Assembly (NCBI GenBank): GCA_014729015.1
Contig: WJKR01000037.1
Coordinates: 1 to 63,199, forward strand
Direction of reading: 5' to 3'
DNA: 63,199 bases
From: Candidatus Woesearchaeota archaeon
GTDB lineage: Archaea > Nanobdellota > Nanobdellia > Woesearchaeales > WJKR01
The position numbers were made by a program, and so were the translations under genes. Position 1 is the first letter of the stretch; every line of letters starts with the position of its first letter. Below the pieces are notes generated by a model, which did not search any database, had not been told where the DNA came from, and saw only the letters and a list, made by a program, of their open reading frames with translations. Positions 25,554-35,700 of this stretch are shown in pieces.

Positions 25554-25666
25554 TTTACTTAGGTTAAAGCTAAGTATTATTAATAGTTTTCGCATACTCA
25601 CCGATAAGGAACAGACGCGTTTCAAATAGCTGTTGCCTGCACCTGACCAGTGGCACCAGCCAGTAA

Positions 25667-25678
25667 CATTTTTAAACC
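25667..25678 (+). promoter_or_regulatory. TATA box for second giant gene (leaderless)
   Basis: catttttaaacc lies ~21-25 nt upstream of the ATG at 25699. Confidence 0.5.
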
Positions 25679-25698
25679 ATCCTTGTCCTTAGACCTCC

Positions 25699-28600
25699 AT
25701 GGGCAAAAAGAGGTGGCATTCTCTCAAAGCACAAGCAACGCTCTTCTTCATACTCGGCATTGTCTTATTAGCGGTGTTCAGCTTCGCCCTGTACGCGAAG
25801 AGCCTCATCGTCACGGAAGAGATGAGGAGGGAGGCCGCCGCCATCCTGACCGACGCCGTCCAGACGAACAGCATCAACTACTACGTCGGGGGATGCCTCG
25901 AACAAGTCACCGACGACGCGCTCTACCAGCTCGGCAGGCAAGGCGGCAGGCTCGACTTCACCAACGACCAACCATGGAAGGACTACTACGTCCTACGGGA
26001 AGGCGGCAACGACACGAACATCAGCTACGCCATCAAACCGAACACGCGCTGCGACCGCGTCGTCAGCCTCGAACCACCTTACTACCCAGTACACGACACC
26101 GCCATCAGCGACTACACCCAACAGTTCAAGACGCTCGGAGACGAGCAATGCAAATACGTCAAGGACGCGGGGTTTGTCGGGATGAACACGCTCTTACGGC
26201 TGTGCTACCAGTACGGCGAGAACAACCGGACGAGCAGCGCCGGCCAGACGTTCGCCTGCGACCCGCTCTACACCATCCGCACCGAGAACAACATGCAGAG
26301 CAGGCTCCAAGACCATATCTCGGCGCAGATGCAGGAATGCGTGGACTTCTCCGTGTTCACCGACATCCTCGGCCACAACATCACCGTCAGCGACGACGAG
26401 GTCGACACCACCATCATCTACGCCAAGGACGCGGTCATCGCAGTCGCTACCTATCCGTTCACCGTCAAGGTACGCGGCCGCCGCGTCAAGGTCGAAAAAG
26501 ACTTCACCTACACCTCACCCGTCAAGCTCCACGACCTCTACGCCTTCCTCATAGACGTGCTCAGCCAGGAAAGCCAGCGTCCTGACTACAACCTCGAGCG
26601 CGCATACAAAGCGACCGCGACCTGGGCGCTCTACCACGACGACTGGAACGTCACCTTCCTCCACCCCTTATGCGGCGCAAGCGAACCCATGACCTGCCCG
26701 GACAATCCGGACGACGATGACTACGCCTCCTATGACTATGTCATGCGCGTCGAGGACATGGACGTCAGAATCAACAACGAGTCCTACATCTTTCAGGTCG
26801 CCATCGACAACAGGAGACCAGTGCTCGACTACTACCACACCGGCAAGGACTATTACTACGACCTCATGACCACCTATAACCAGACCGTCATCCTCTCCCC
26901 GCAAGGCTACGACCCGGACGACACCAGCATCAGCTACTGGTACGAGGGGTGGAAGGAGACCGAGGACGCGACGTTCGACTTCAGCTGTTTCGACGACGGC
27001 GGCGACGCGGAGAGCTGCGTGGAACGCGAGATGGATGTCCACCCGCAGAACTGGTCGAACTCCTCGTTGTACAAGAGCACCGGACGGGAAGCGCAGCTCG
27101 CCAACCTGGCCCGCGACGACACGGGCGGTCACAACGTCACCGTCTACATCAGCGACGAGTCAGGGCTCCTAGACTGGCAGGTCATCAACATCCTCATCTT
27201 CGACCTGCCCGTCGCCATGGCGAACGGCACGAACAACATTCCAGACATTGATGACCGCCACGCCAGCGTCGAGGACCCGTACGTGCTCGATGCCACCGCA
27301 AGTATCACGAGCAAGATCCTCGACCAACCGCTGTCCTGGTATGACTGGGGGGCGACGGCGGACTCGGGAGAATTGTTCCACGTCACCTTTACCAGTGACA
27401 ACACGGAAAACCCCGCATCTGTCATGATACCCTACGAGGTCGACGAGGACGACGGCCTGTGGCGACCCGTCACGTTCTACAACTATACTGATGGCGAGGT
27501 GCAGCCGAACGACATCACACGCAGACACTTCACCATCAACTCACCACTAAATCTAGGCGGCACCGACGTCACGCTCACCCTCCACGTCAGCCCCGGATCG
27601 CCCCACGAAACGACCTGGAGCGAACCATCCTTCCTGAAGGTGACCATGCACCAATGCTTGCCCGTCAGAGACACAGGACACAAACCCTACCCGTACTTCA
27701 CAGAAAACGCCCAACGGTCTTACGCGTTCGACCATCCATGCTGCGGCAACGAGACAGAAGACTGGGGCACCATCCTCACCGACAATCCCTGCTACACCAT
27801 CATCGAGTACGGCAGACCAGCAGCCTTCACCGATCAGGACTGGTTCGGCACCCCGCCAATAACGCCGCCGAACATCGACAAGACCTACTTCGTCGACGGC
27901 AATTATATCACTGAATACGAATTCAACAACTCGTTCGACTTGCAGAATGATGTCTTCAAGAGGACATACACCCGATACTGCGATGGGAACAGAGGAAACA
28001 CCTGTACCGGCCGCGTCGAAGAAGTCTATGAACGCGTCGCTGACTGCTCAGATGAGTTGCAAGGGAAACAACAGTACCGATGCGAAGGGCCTTCCTCGCT
28101 AGTCTTCTCAGAGACACCATTGTCTTGCATCGACTATGATTATGACGTCCGCTGCAGCTTTGAATACTCTCTCGGTGACATACAAACAAAGACTTGCGAC
28201 CCGACCTGGCGATGCGCGACGCTACTGACGAACACGTACGACCCTGCAGCTGCCGACGATGGCGACCACCTCTGCCAAGGTGGATGCATGAATGGTGACT
28301 GCACCTATGCGGTCAACTGCGCGTGCTCCACTGACTGCGGCGCTGAGTGCGTGCCGCAAACCCCGCCAGAAGCAATATATGATGACAGTGAAGATAGGTG
28401 TCTTACGCGTTGCAATGCTTTTGATTGCGGGTACCAGTTGAGGCAGGTTTGCCCTGACTTCTGCATCTTGTCCTCGAGCAAGGCTTCTGGATCACACCCA
28501 TACGCCAATTGCGACACCTACACCCTCGGCGATGCCAGGAGGTACTGCCATTCCTCGCCAACATGCACCTCTGATAAAGGGTGCCGCCTGCAAGAGGTAG

Positions 28601-28875
28601 ATGAGATGCGATACAACCATTGCGACGTGTGCGACGAGAACGGCTACACCCCGGGCGACTACTGCCCAGCACCAGGGACAGTACAAGATGGTACGTGCTA
28701 TTTTGGGGACCGGGCATGCACAGGCAGCAGTTGTAACCTCGTTTATGAACCGTTTCTTTCCCGGGACTGCACAGCGGGAGAGATGTTTGAAGGCAGGCTG
28801 ACCTGCACTGCCGAGGGAGTGCAGTGCTGCGTTCACAATAATCATATATGTTTTGCTACGTACAGTACGCCTTGA
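25699..28875 (+). CDS. large secreted cysteine-rich protein (1058 aa) with class III-like signal
   Basis: The N-terminus HSLKAQATLFFILGIVLLAVFSF shows basic-A-Q followed by a hydrophobic helix. A PKD/Ig-like segment is present (DPDDTSISYWYEGW...HNVTVYISDESG). The C-terminal third is very Cys-rich (CCGNE, CQGGCMNGDC, CACSTDCGAEC). Confidence 0.8.
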   Translation: MGKKRWHSLKAQATLFFILGIVLLAVFSFALYAKSLIVTEEMRREAAAILTDAVQTNSINYYVGGCLEQVTDDALYQLGRQGGRLDFTNDQPWKDYYVLREGGNDTNISYAIKPNTRCDRVVSLEPPYYPVHDTAISDYTQQFKTLGDEQCKYVKDAGFVGMNTLLRLCYQYGENNRTSSAGQTFACDPLYTIRTENNMQSRLQDHISAQMQECVDFSVFTDILGHNITVSDDEVDTTIIYAKDAVIAVATYPFTVKVRGRRVKVEKDFTYTSPVKLHDLYAFLIDVLSQESQRPDYNLERAYKATATWALYHDDWNVTFLHPLCGASEPMTCPDNPDDDDYASYDYVMRVEDMDVRINNESYIFQVAIDNRRPVLDYYHTGKDYYYDLMTTYNQTVILSPQGYDPDDTSISYWYEGWKETEDATFDFSCFDDGGDAESCVEREMDVHPQNWSNSSLYKSTGREAQLANLARDDTGGHNVTVYISDESGLLDWQVINILIFDLPVAMANGTNNIPDIDDRHASVEDPYVLDATASITSKILDQPLSWYDWGATADSGELFHVTFTSDNTENPASVMIPYEVDEDDGLWRPVTFYNYTDGEVQPNDITRRHFTINSPLNLGGTDVTLTLHVSPGSPHETTWSEPSFLKVTMHQCLPVRDTGHKPYPYFTENAQRSYAFDHPCCGNETEDWGTILTDNPCYTIIEYGRPAAFTDQDWFGTPPITPPNIDKTYFVDGNYITEYEFNNSFDLQNDVFKRTYTRYCDGNRGNTCTGRVEEVYERVADCSDELQGKQQYRCEGPSSLVFSETPLSCIDYDYDVRCSFEYSLGDIQTKTCDPTWRCATLLTNTYDPAAADDGDHLCQGGCMNGDCTYAVNCACSTDCGAECVPQTPPEAIYDDSEDRCLTRCNAFDCGYQLRQVCPDFCILSSSKASGSHPYANCDTYTLGDARRYCHSSPTCTSDKGCRLQEVDEMRYNHCDVCDENGYTPGDYCPAPGTVQDGTCYFGDRACTGSSCNLVYEPFLSRDCTAGEMFEGRLTCTAEGVQCCVHNNHICFATYSTP

Positions 28876-28900
28876 CGACTCCTCTGAGCCTTCCAAAAGC

Positions 28901-28908
28901 TTTATAAA
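28901..28908 (+). promoter_or_regulatory. TATA box for third giant gene
   Basis: tttataaa lies 38 nt upstream of the GTG at 28946. An SD-like gggagtg sits just before the start. Confidence 0.4.
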
Positions 28909-28945
28909 CTACCTTTCCTCGGTTCTCGTCAGAAAAAGGGAGTGA

Positions 28946-31900
28946 GTGATTTCAGTGGAAATCCCGAACAAACTACTCATGGCACTCATCTTACTTGTCC
29001 TCTCACTCCTCACCTTGCCTGCGGTGCTCGGTGACGGGTGCTGTGTGCCTGAACAACCAGATGCTAATGCCGAACTCTTCTGCTACTCAGAAGATCAACA
29101 CGCTTCTCTTTTCGAGGGGGCCATGTCGTCGAGCTTGTGTCGGGGGGATCAGTTTACTGATCATACATGGTCTGAGGGGAAAAATTGCGATACTGACTTC
29201 CCGGAATGCGTCGAAGGATGCTGCTGCTATGAAAGCGCAACAGGCGAGACGGTCGGCATCTACACGACAGCAGTCGCTTGTCTCACTGACTCGGAACAGG
29301 CTATCAGCTTTCACTCAAATGCAGCCAGCACCACTAATAATTGCAACAATTATTGCAAAGGAATCAGTCCTGAGACGTACGAGGTCAACGGCACGGTTAA
29401 GAACACGTCCGACGAACCCGTGGTCGGTGCTAATGTTACTGTTGATTTTCCTGGAGGGCAATGGAATGTCACCAACGCTACCGGCGGATTCTCATTCCAG
29501 ATTATGAGCTCAACTAATAGGCACATCTTCTTCATCAACGCGTCGTGGTGCGAACAAACCGAAGATTACTCCATCACGGGCGACGTCGATCTTGAAATCA
29601 TCCTCGACTGCTCCACGGACGAAGAGAAGCCAGACACGTGTCCAGACCCTGTGTGGGAGTACGGCTTCGATGACGGCGAGGACCGCTGCGGCGTACCATA
29701 CGACTACGCCGAAGACATACAAGATTACGATGATTCTCCCGAGTGCAGTTACCAGGAGTGGCAAGGCCCACTCCCGTTCAAGTCATGCCCCCCTTCACCA
29801 GCGTGCGACAATGACGGCATCCTGGATGAGGGTGAGGCGTGCGACGGTGGCGTGTTCCGCGACGGCGGCTCTTGTCAAGACTACGGCTACTCCTTTGGGA
29901 GCGTCTCATGCCGCGACTGCGAGGTCATCCTCACGGGCTGCGAGCGATGCCCAGCCGAGGCGGATGCCTGCACCTCAGCGCAGTGCAAGGAATGCCCAAT
30001 ATGCCAGGAGGCAGAGGTGTGCCAGGCACGTGCCTGCCTGGACGAGCAGCCGTACGGCGTGGCCGCGACGACCCAGACGGGAAAGTCATCCATCCTCGTC
30101 ACGTGGCGGTTCAACGACGCCTGCATCGCTCACGTGCCAAGATTCCATGTGGACGTGTGCACACCACCACCAACCCAAAGTTCTGCCGAGTGGTGCAGTG
30201 ACAACGACGCGTACGATGAGGTCACCATCGCGAAGACGGACCTCTCTTCCTCGCAGCCGTTCAGCCACCCCTACTCAGGGAGCGACGGCTTGGACGGCCG
30301 TACCACTTACTGCTTCAATGTCAGCGCGAATATCGAGGAGGAGGGAGAACAAGCCACGACGAGCGCGGAAGCCGGATGGGTGTGCGCCACGACCGGTGAT
30401 CAGTACTGCATGGAAGGGTTGCACGAGGACGAGTTCTGCGCTCATGCTATTACTAAACTTAAGGATTACCCGCACATCAAGCCAAATAGTAGGCTTTTGT
30501 GTAACCCTGCTAACCAGATCATCTTGTTAGAGGACTGCCTCTTGGCGCAATGTGTTGATGACGTCGCTGGTACGACTATTTGCAAGACGAACGAGCAATG
30601 CCGATTGTGCAACGGCCTGTTCAACATGTACGGCTATTACCACTTCTATGATGATGATAAGGATCTTATCGTTCCGTTCCTTTCTGGCGGAACAGAAATA
30701 GATTTGTCCTGCGAGAACAAGAACATCTATCAGCAGAATCCGAGTCCTGATACGAGGCCGGCGTGTTATGACGAACGTACCAAGACGGTCGCTGATTATC
30801 TTGACGAGTGCAACGAGGTGCAGACGTGCTATGACTATCACACGAAGCAGGCGTGCGAGGACAACCCGTGCAGGAAGCCGTTCTTGCAAGGTAATTGCAC
30901 GTGGCGGCCGTTGCTGGATGAAGAGGGCAACTCGCTCGGCGACCAGTTCGGCCTCGGCGTGTGCGCGCCGGACGACGTAGCGCTGGCTGAGTGCGACCGA
31001 TGCCAATCAGATGACACGACGTTGCCCGCGTGCACCGAGGAGCTGTGCAGCCTGTACGCGCCCGTCACGGAAGGCGTGCCCGGGTGCTATTATCTCCAAG
31101 ACGATAAGCGATGCGTGAGGAGCGACGAGGTGAGCTGCACGAACTATACCCGGCGCCGGGAGTGCGTCGGCGACGAAAACACCCCTGTGCAGGTGAACGC
31201 CACGTACAGCGAGGAAGACCGGATAAATGGCGGCCACAACGTCACGCAGCGGAGCAAGGACGTCCTCAGCATCGGGCTGTGCGAATGGGTCGATATCGGG
31301 ACCGACGCCATGTGCGTCAAGAACGCGGATAACCATACGTTCTCCTCCAAGGGCCTGCCGTCCAGCGATTGCGACGACGTTGCTACCGAGGACAAGACGA
31401 CGTGCTTGCTCGACTTCGAACCGCCAGTGACCGAGCTCTTCCTGGCCACGGCAGCCGAGCAGGAATGGCATGAAGAGGATTATCCGGTGTACAGCTTCGA
31501 GCGGCCGTTCAACTACGACGTCAAGGACAACGCGTTTGCGTTGAGCAAATTGCGGACATGGTTCGGCTTCGGTACAGGCACGCCCTATCCGATCCACACC
31601 TTGGAGCAGCTGAAAAGCCAGACTGCAGAGAAAGACGGCACGTTCAACATCACGTATTACTCGGCAGACCCGGCGAAGAACCTCGAACAGGTCAAGAACG
31701 CCACGATCATCATGGACAACACGCCGCCGACCTTCGTCGAACATGACTTCACCAACACCACTGCCGGGTTCCTCGTCGCAGAGGACGAGTGGCGCAGCAA
31801 CCTCACGATCAATTACTCCTTCACCGACGACCACGGGCCGATAAGGTGCAACGGCACGCTCCTTTCCACGACCTCTACGCGCTTCCCCGGCAATCGTTTT

Positions 31901-32776
31901 CTCTCCTTCAAGTCCGGCACGGTCGTCCAGCAGAACTACACCTACCTGCAGGACGACCAGTACTTGTTCCGCATGAACTGCTCTGACCACCCGTTCCTCA
32001 GCAACACGGTCATCAATGAGAGCTGGTTCGTGCTCGAGGCGGACAGCAGCATCACCGACCCGCAACCCGTAAGGAAAAAGTTCAGCGTCGATGACTTCCC
32101 GCTCACCATCAACATCACCACGAACAGGTCAGCGAGTTGCTGGTTCAATGGCTCATCGACACAGTTCTTGGACAGTGCTACGGGCACAGAGCACAACTAC
32201 ACGTTCGATCAACCGTTGCCGCACGGCCTGTACTTCTTCAACGTCAGTTGCGAGTTCGAGGACGGCAAGGTCACCAAGAACAACCCGTCAGACACGATAT
32301 GGTTCAGCGTGGATAACGAATCACCGACGGCTGGCATCATCGACGTTGAGGAGCGGCAACCATACGACGGGTGGCCGTACCGCGAAGACCTCACCATAAC
32401 CTTCGAGTGCGATGACAACGATTCCTCCCTCGTCAGGACCGTGGTCGACGCAGCAGGCCATACTGAGGACTTATGGGACGGCAACTTCGACGACTCGACC
32501 GTGCAGTGGTGCCGTGACGACAACGAGACAGACCGGGAATGCTACTTTGATGAATGGGACGGCCCATACCTCGCCTTCAGTGCTGATGACGACTTTGACG
32601 ATAATGAGCGCTGGCTCCACTACCGTTGTACTGACGCTGGTGGCAACGTCGGAACTACGGAAACCCAGTACTTGTTCGTCAGGAACCTGCAGGTCAAGGT
32701 CGCCGGCGTCAAGATCATCACTCCTGATAGGACAGAATACTTACCGGATCCATTAGTGCCCCCAGTCACTCATTGA
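28946..32776 (+). CDS. giant secreted cysteine-rich surface protein (1276 aa)
   Basis: - Sec-type signal LLMALILLVLSLLTLPAVLG followed by DGCC.
- A CarboxypepD_reg-like segment (YEVNGTVKNTSDEPVVGANVTVDF...GGFSFQI).
- One CDNDGILDEGEACDGG Cys-rich repeat.
- Many N-x-S/T sequons.
The start could instead be the ATG at 28979. Confidence 0.85.
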   Translation: MISVEIPNKLLMALILLVLSLLTLPAVLGDGCCVPEQPDANAELFCYSEDQHASLFEGAMSSSLCRGDQFTDHTWSEGKNCDTDFPECVEGCCCYESATGETVGIYTTAVACLTDSEQAISFHSNAASTTNNCNNYCKGISPETYEVNGTVKNTSDEPVVGANVTVDFPGGQWNVTNATGGFSFQIMSSTNRHIFFINASWCEQTEDYSITGDVDLEIILDCSTDEEKPDTCPDPVWEYGFDDGEDRCGVPYDYAEDIQDYDDSPECSYQEWQGPLPFKSCPPSPACDNDGILDEGEACDGGVFRDGGSCQDYGYSFGSVSCRDCEVILTGCERCPAEADACTSAQCKECPICQEAEVCQARACLDEQPYGVAATTQTGKSSILVTWRFNDACIAHVPRFHVDVCTPPPTQSSAEWCSDNDAYDEVTIAKTDLSSSQPFSHPYSGSDGLDGRTTYCFNVSANIEEEGEQATTSAEAGWVCATTGDQYCMEGLHEDEFCAHAITKLKDYPHIKPNSRLLCNPANQIILLEDCLLAQCVDDVAGTTICKTNEQCRLCNGLFNMYGYYHFYDDDKDLIVPFLSGGTEIDLSCENKNIYQQNPSPDTRPACYDERTKTVADYLDECNEVQTCYDYHTKQACEDNPCRKPFLQGNCTWRPLLDEEGNSLGDQFGLGVCAPDDVALAECDRCQSDDTTLPACTEELCSLYAPVTEGVPGCYYLQDDKRCVRSDEVSCTNYTRRRECVGDENTPVQVNATYSEEDRINGGHNVTQRSKDVLSIGLCEWVDIGTDAMCVKNADNHTFSSKGLPSSDCDDVATEDKTTCLLDFEPPVTELFLATAAEQEWHEEDYPVYSFERPFNYDVKDNAFALSKLRTWFGFGTGTPYPIHTLEQLKSQTAEKDGTFNITYYSADPAKNLEQVKNATIIMDNTPPTFVEHDFTNTTAGFLVAEDEWRSNLTINYSFTDDHGPIRCNGTLLSTTSTRFPGNRFLSFKSGTVVQQNYTYLQDDQYLFRMNCSDHPFLSNTVINESWFVLEADSSITDPQPVRKKFSVDDFPLTINITTNRSASCWFNGSSTQFLDSATGTEHNYTFDQPLPHGLYFFNVSCEFEDGKVTKNNPSDTIWFSVDNESPTAGIIDVEERQPYDGWPYREDLTITFECDDNDSSLVRTVVDAAGHTEDLWDGNFDDSTVQWCRDDNETDRECYFDEWDGPYLAFSADDDFDDNERWLHYRCTDAGGNVGTTETQYLFVRNLQVKVAGVKIITPDRTEYLPDPLVPPVTH

Positions 32777-32796
32777 CAACGAAAAAGAGGTCACGT

Positions 32797-35700
32797 ATGA
32801 GAACACTCCCTGTCATCCTTGTCATCCTCTTCCTCTTCCCAGTCGTGCTCTCAGCATCCTACCAGGACCAACAAGTGATCACCTACACGATCAAGGATGA
32901 CATCACGCACCCGCAGCCGAACATCTCGGTGTCGTTCGGCGAGCAGCCCGTATGCATCCTCGACGCCGAGTTGTCCTTTGAGGATGCTTCGCAGTCAGAC
33001 CCACCAAGCATCATCTGTGATGAGACTCCTTGCCGCCAGGAGTACAACTTCTCCATCGGCGACGACAACTATCTGATCGATGCCGATTACGTGTTCTACG
33101 CCAAAGCGCGGGACAACGACGACAACACCATCAAGATCTACGTCCACTTCACCATCGACTCGCCCGAGCAGCACGTCTACCTCGTCTCACCAGTCAACCC
33201 ATACGTCAACAACACAGAGGACGACTTCGGCATGGCAAAAAAGCAATCGTTCAACCTGCGAGTGCGGCTCGAACAAGCATTGGGCAGGCCTGCAGAAGGA
33301 TGTCGGTGGGCGTATATCGAAAGCCTCCCCGGAAGCTATGCCAGTGGCGAGGAACTCTTCAACAACCTCGCCCAGGAGAAAGCTCACTTCAGCTCACGAT
33401 CCTCGGACGGCTACTACTTCAACGACACGGACTTCTCGCTCGCAGAATTAGCGCAAGGAGTGCTGCACGAATTCATCGCCGTGTGCAAAGAGAGTGAAGG
33501 CCGCTACAGCCGCAGCCGGATGTTCCTCGGCTGGGATGATGACAAGCCGGTCTTCGATGAGGAAAAGACCCGCATCTTGCCCGACCATCCCGGCATACAG
33601 GGCAATGACCACGCCTACATCGACGACCAGAACCACGCAGTCGCGACCATCAACGTGACCACTGATGACCGGGTCCTGTGCAACGTCACCAACGTGCGCT
33701 ACCCCCCATTATACGGAGCAAAGTACCGTGACTACGGCGATGACGACAAGTATTTCTGGCTCAGCCTAGGACGCTTTACCATCACGAACCCCGAAGCCGA
33801 AGACTTCAACACCACGCACCTCTTCGCGCGCATCTCGTTCGAACTCCTCAGGACAGAGACGCCATCCGTCAATCCGCCGTACAACTACACGTTCAACGTG
33901 ACGTGCGAGAACATGGCAGGCCTCACCAACTCATTACTCCTCGACGCCAGCATCAACTTCAGTAACACCATAGGGCTAGAACAAGTCTCCCCGAAATCGC
34001 AACACTACACTGACACGAACGACGTCGACTTCGAGTTCACCACGGACGTCGAGGCGGTCTGCAATTTCTTCTTCGACGACGATGACGAAACCTCCGACCT
34101 GGACGAAACGATCACCGAGGGCACCTATCACTACGCCCTGACCGAGAACGACCTCGACGACGGCTCATACGACTACGAGTTCACTTGCCACCTTGCCGGT
34201 TACACCCCACAATCCAAGAGCGGAACGATTTCCGTCGACACCGAAGCGCCACCAGCACCGGACATTAACACCACCGACACCAAGGTTTGCAACAATAACA
34301 CTCCTGAGCTGGAGATCGAGTTCGGCACGGCCGGGAACGTAGACCGCTACGACTACAGGATTACGAGCGACAACGGCTACTCCGCCACCGGCAGCGACAC
34401 GAACGGCGAGGTGACGCACGAAATAAGCGGCCATCCCATCGCCTGGGAAGAAACCTTCACCATCACCGCCAACGCGACGGATGCAGCAGGCAACACCGGC
34501 AGCCCAGCGCAGCACACCCTCACCTACCTGCCGTACACCTGCGACGGGAAAAAGCCGAGCATCACCACGAGCAAGAACTACACGTCTACCGGCATGGACA
34601 TCGCGATCACGTGCTCGGACGACGGGACCGGCTGCACCGACCGCTACGACTACAGCATACTCCCGCCAGACAGCACCTGCGACGACGCCGACTACGGACA
34701 GCACGAGCAGAACGGCGGGGCCGTGGCCATCACCGGCGACCAACTGTTGTGCTACCGCGTCACCGACAAGGCCGGCAACAACGAGACAGGCAGCACCACG
34801 GTCATGACGAGCTTCCCCATCGAGATCGTCGAGCCGAGCTTCGGCATCGCCAACACCACGACGTTCAACATCACCATCAAGACGGAACGATCGGCGAGCT
34901 GCAAGTTCGACTTCAACCACGGCAACCCCGGCGACCTCGAGATGATGTACAACGACTTCCCATGGGACCTCGACGAGACCGACGACACAAACAAATACCG
35001 CTATGAGGGCTTCAACCCCGTATCGCAAGGAGCAAGCATCTGCGAAGGCGAACCGGCCTGCGCCGTGTCCATCATCGTCATCTGCAATGTGCCGCCACGA
35101 TACTACTACACCCCCTTCATGATAGGCTACGACACCACGCCGCCACGCATCGACGCGTACGCCTCGCCAGCGACGCTAAGAGAATACGGCAACCTCGAAG
35201 CAGAGCTCATCGTGGAGAGCGACGACGGCACCTACTGCACCTACCAGGACATCGAGGGCGAGGACGCGGGCAACTTCGGTACATTAGGACCCGACCAAGA
35301 CTCCTCCTACCAACAACACCACCAAGCAAGTATCGGCCCGTTCTCCCCACCCACCGGCAACAACGATTCCTACAACGTCACCTACAACGTCACGTGCAAG
35401 AACCAAGCAGGCATCATCGTCAACGACGTCGCCACCGTCACCATCGCGCCCACGGACGAAATCGGCGTCACCATCACCACGCCGAGCGAGCACCGCGCAC
35501 GCAGCGTGACCCTCAACGTGACCACCGTGCTCCCGGCCCGGTGCAACTACACGTTCAACCCCAAACAACCATCGACCCCGCTCGCCCCGGACGACGAGGA
35601 CAAACGACACGCAGCCACCGAATCGTTCGCCGCGGACGGCGAGTACGACCTGGACGTCGAATGCGTCTCGCTGAACCACCTCTACAAAGGAGGAGCGTCG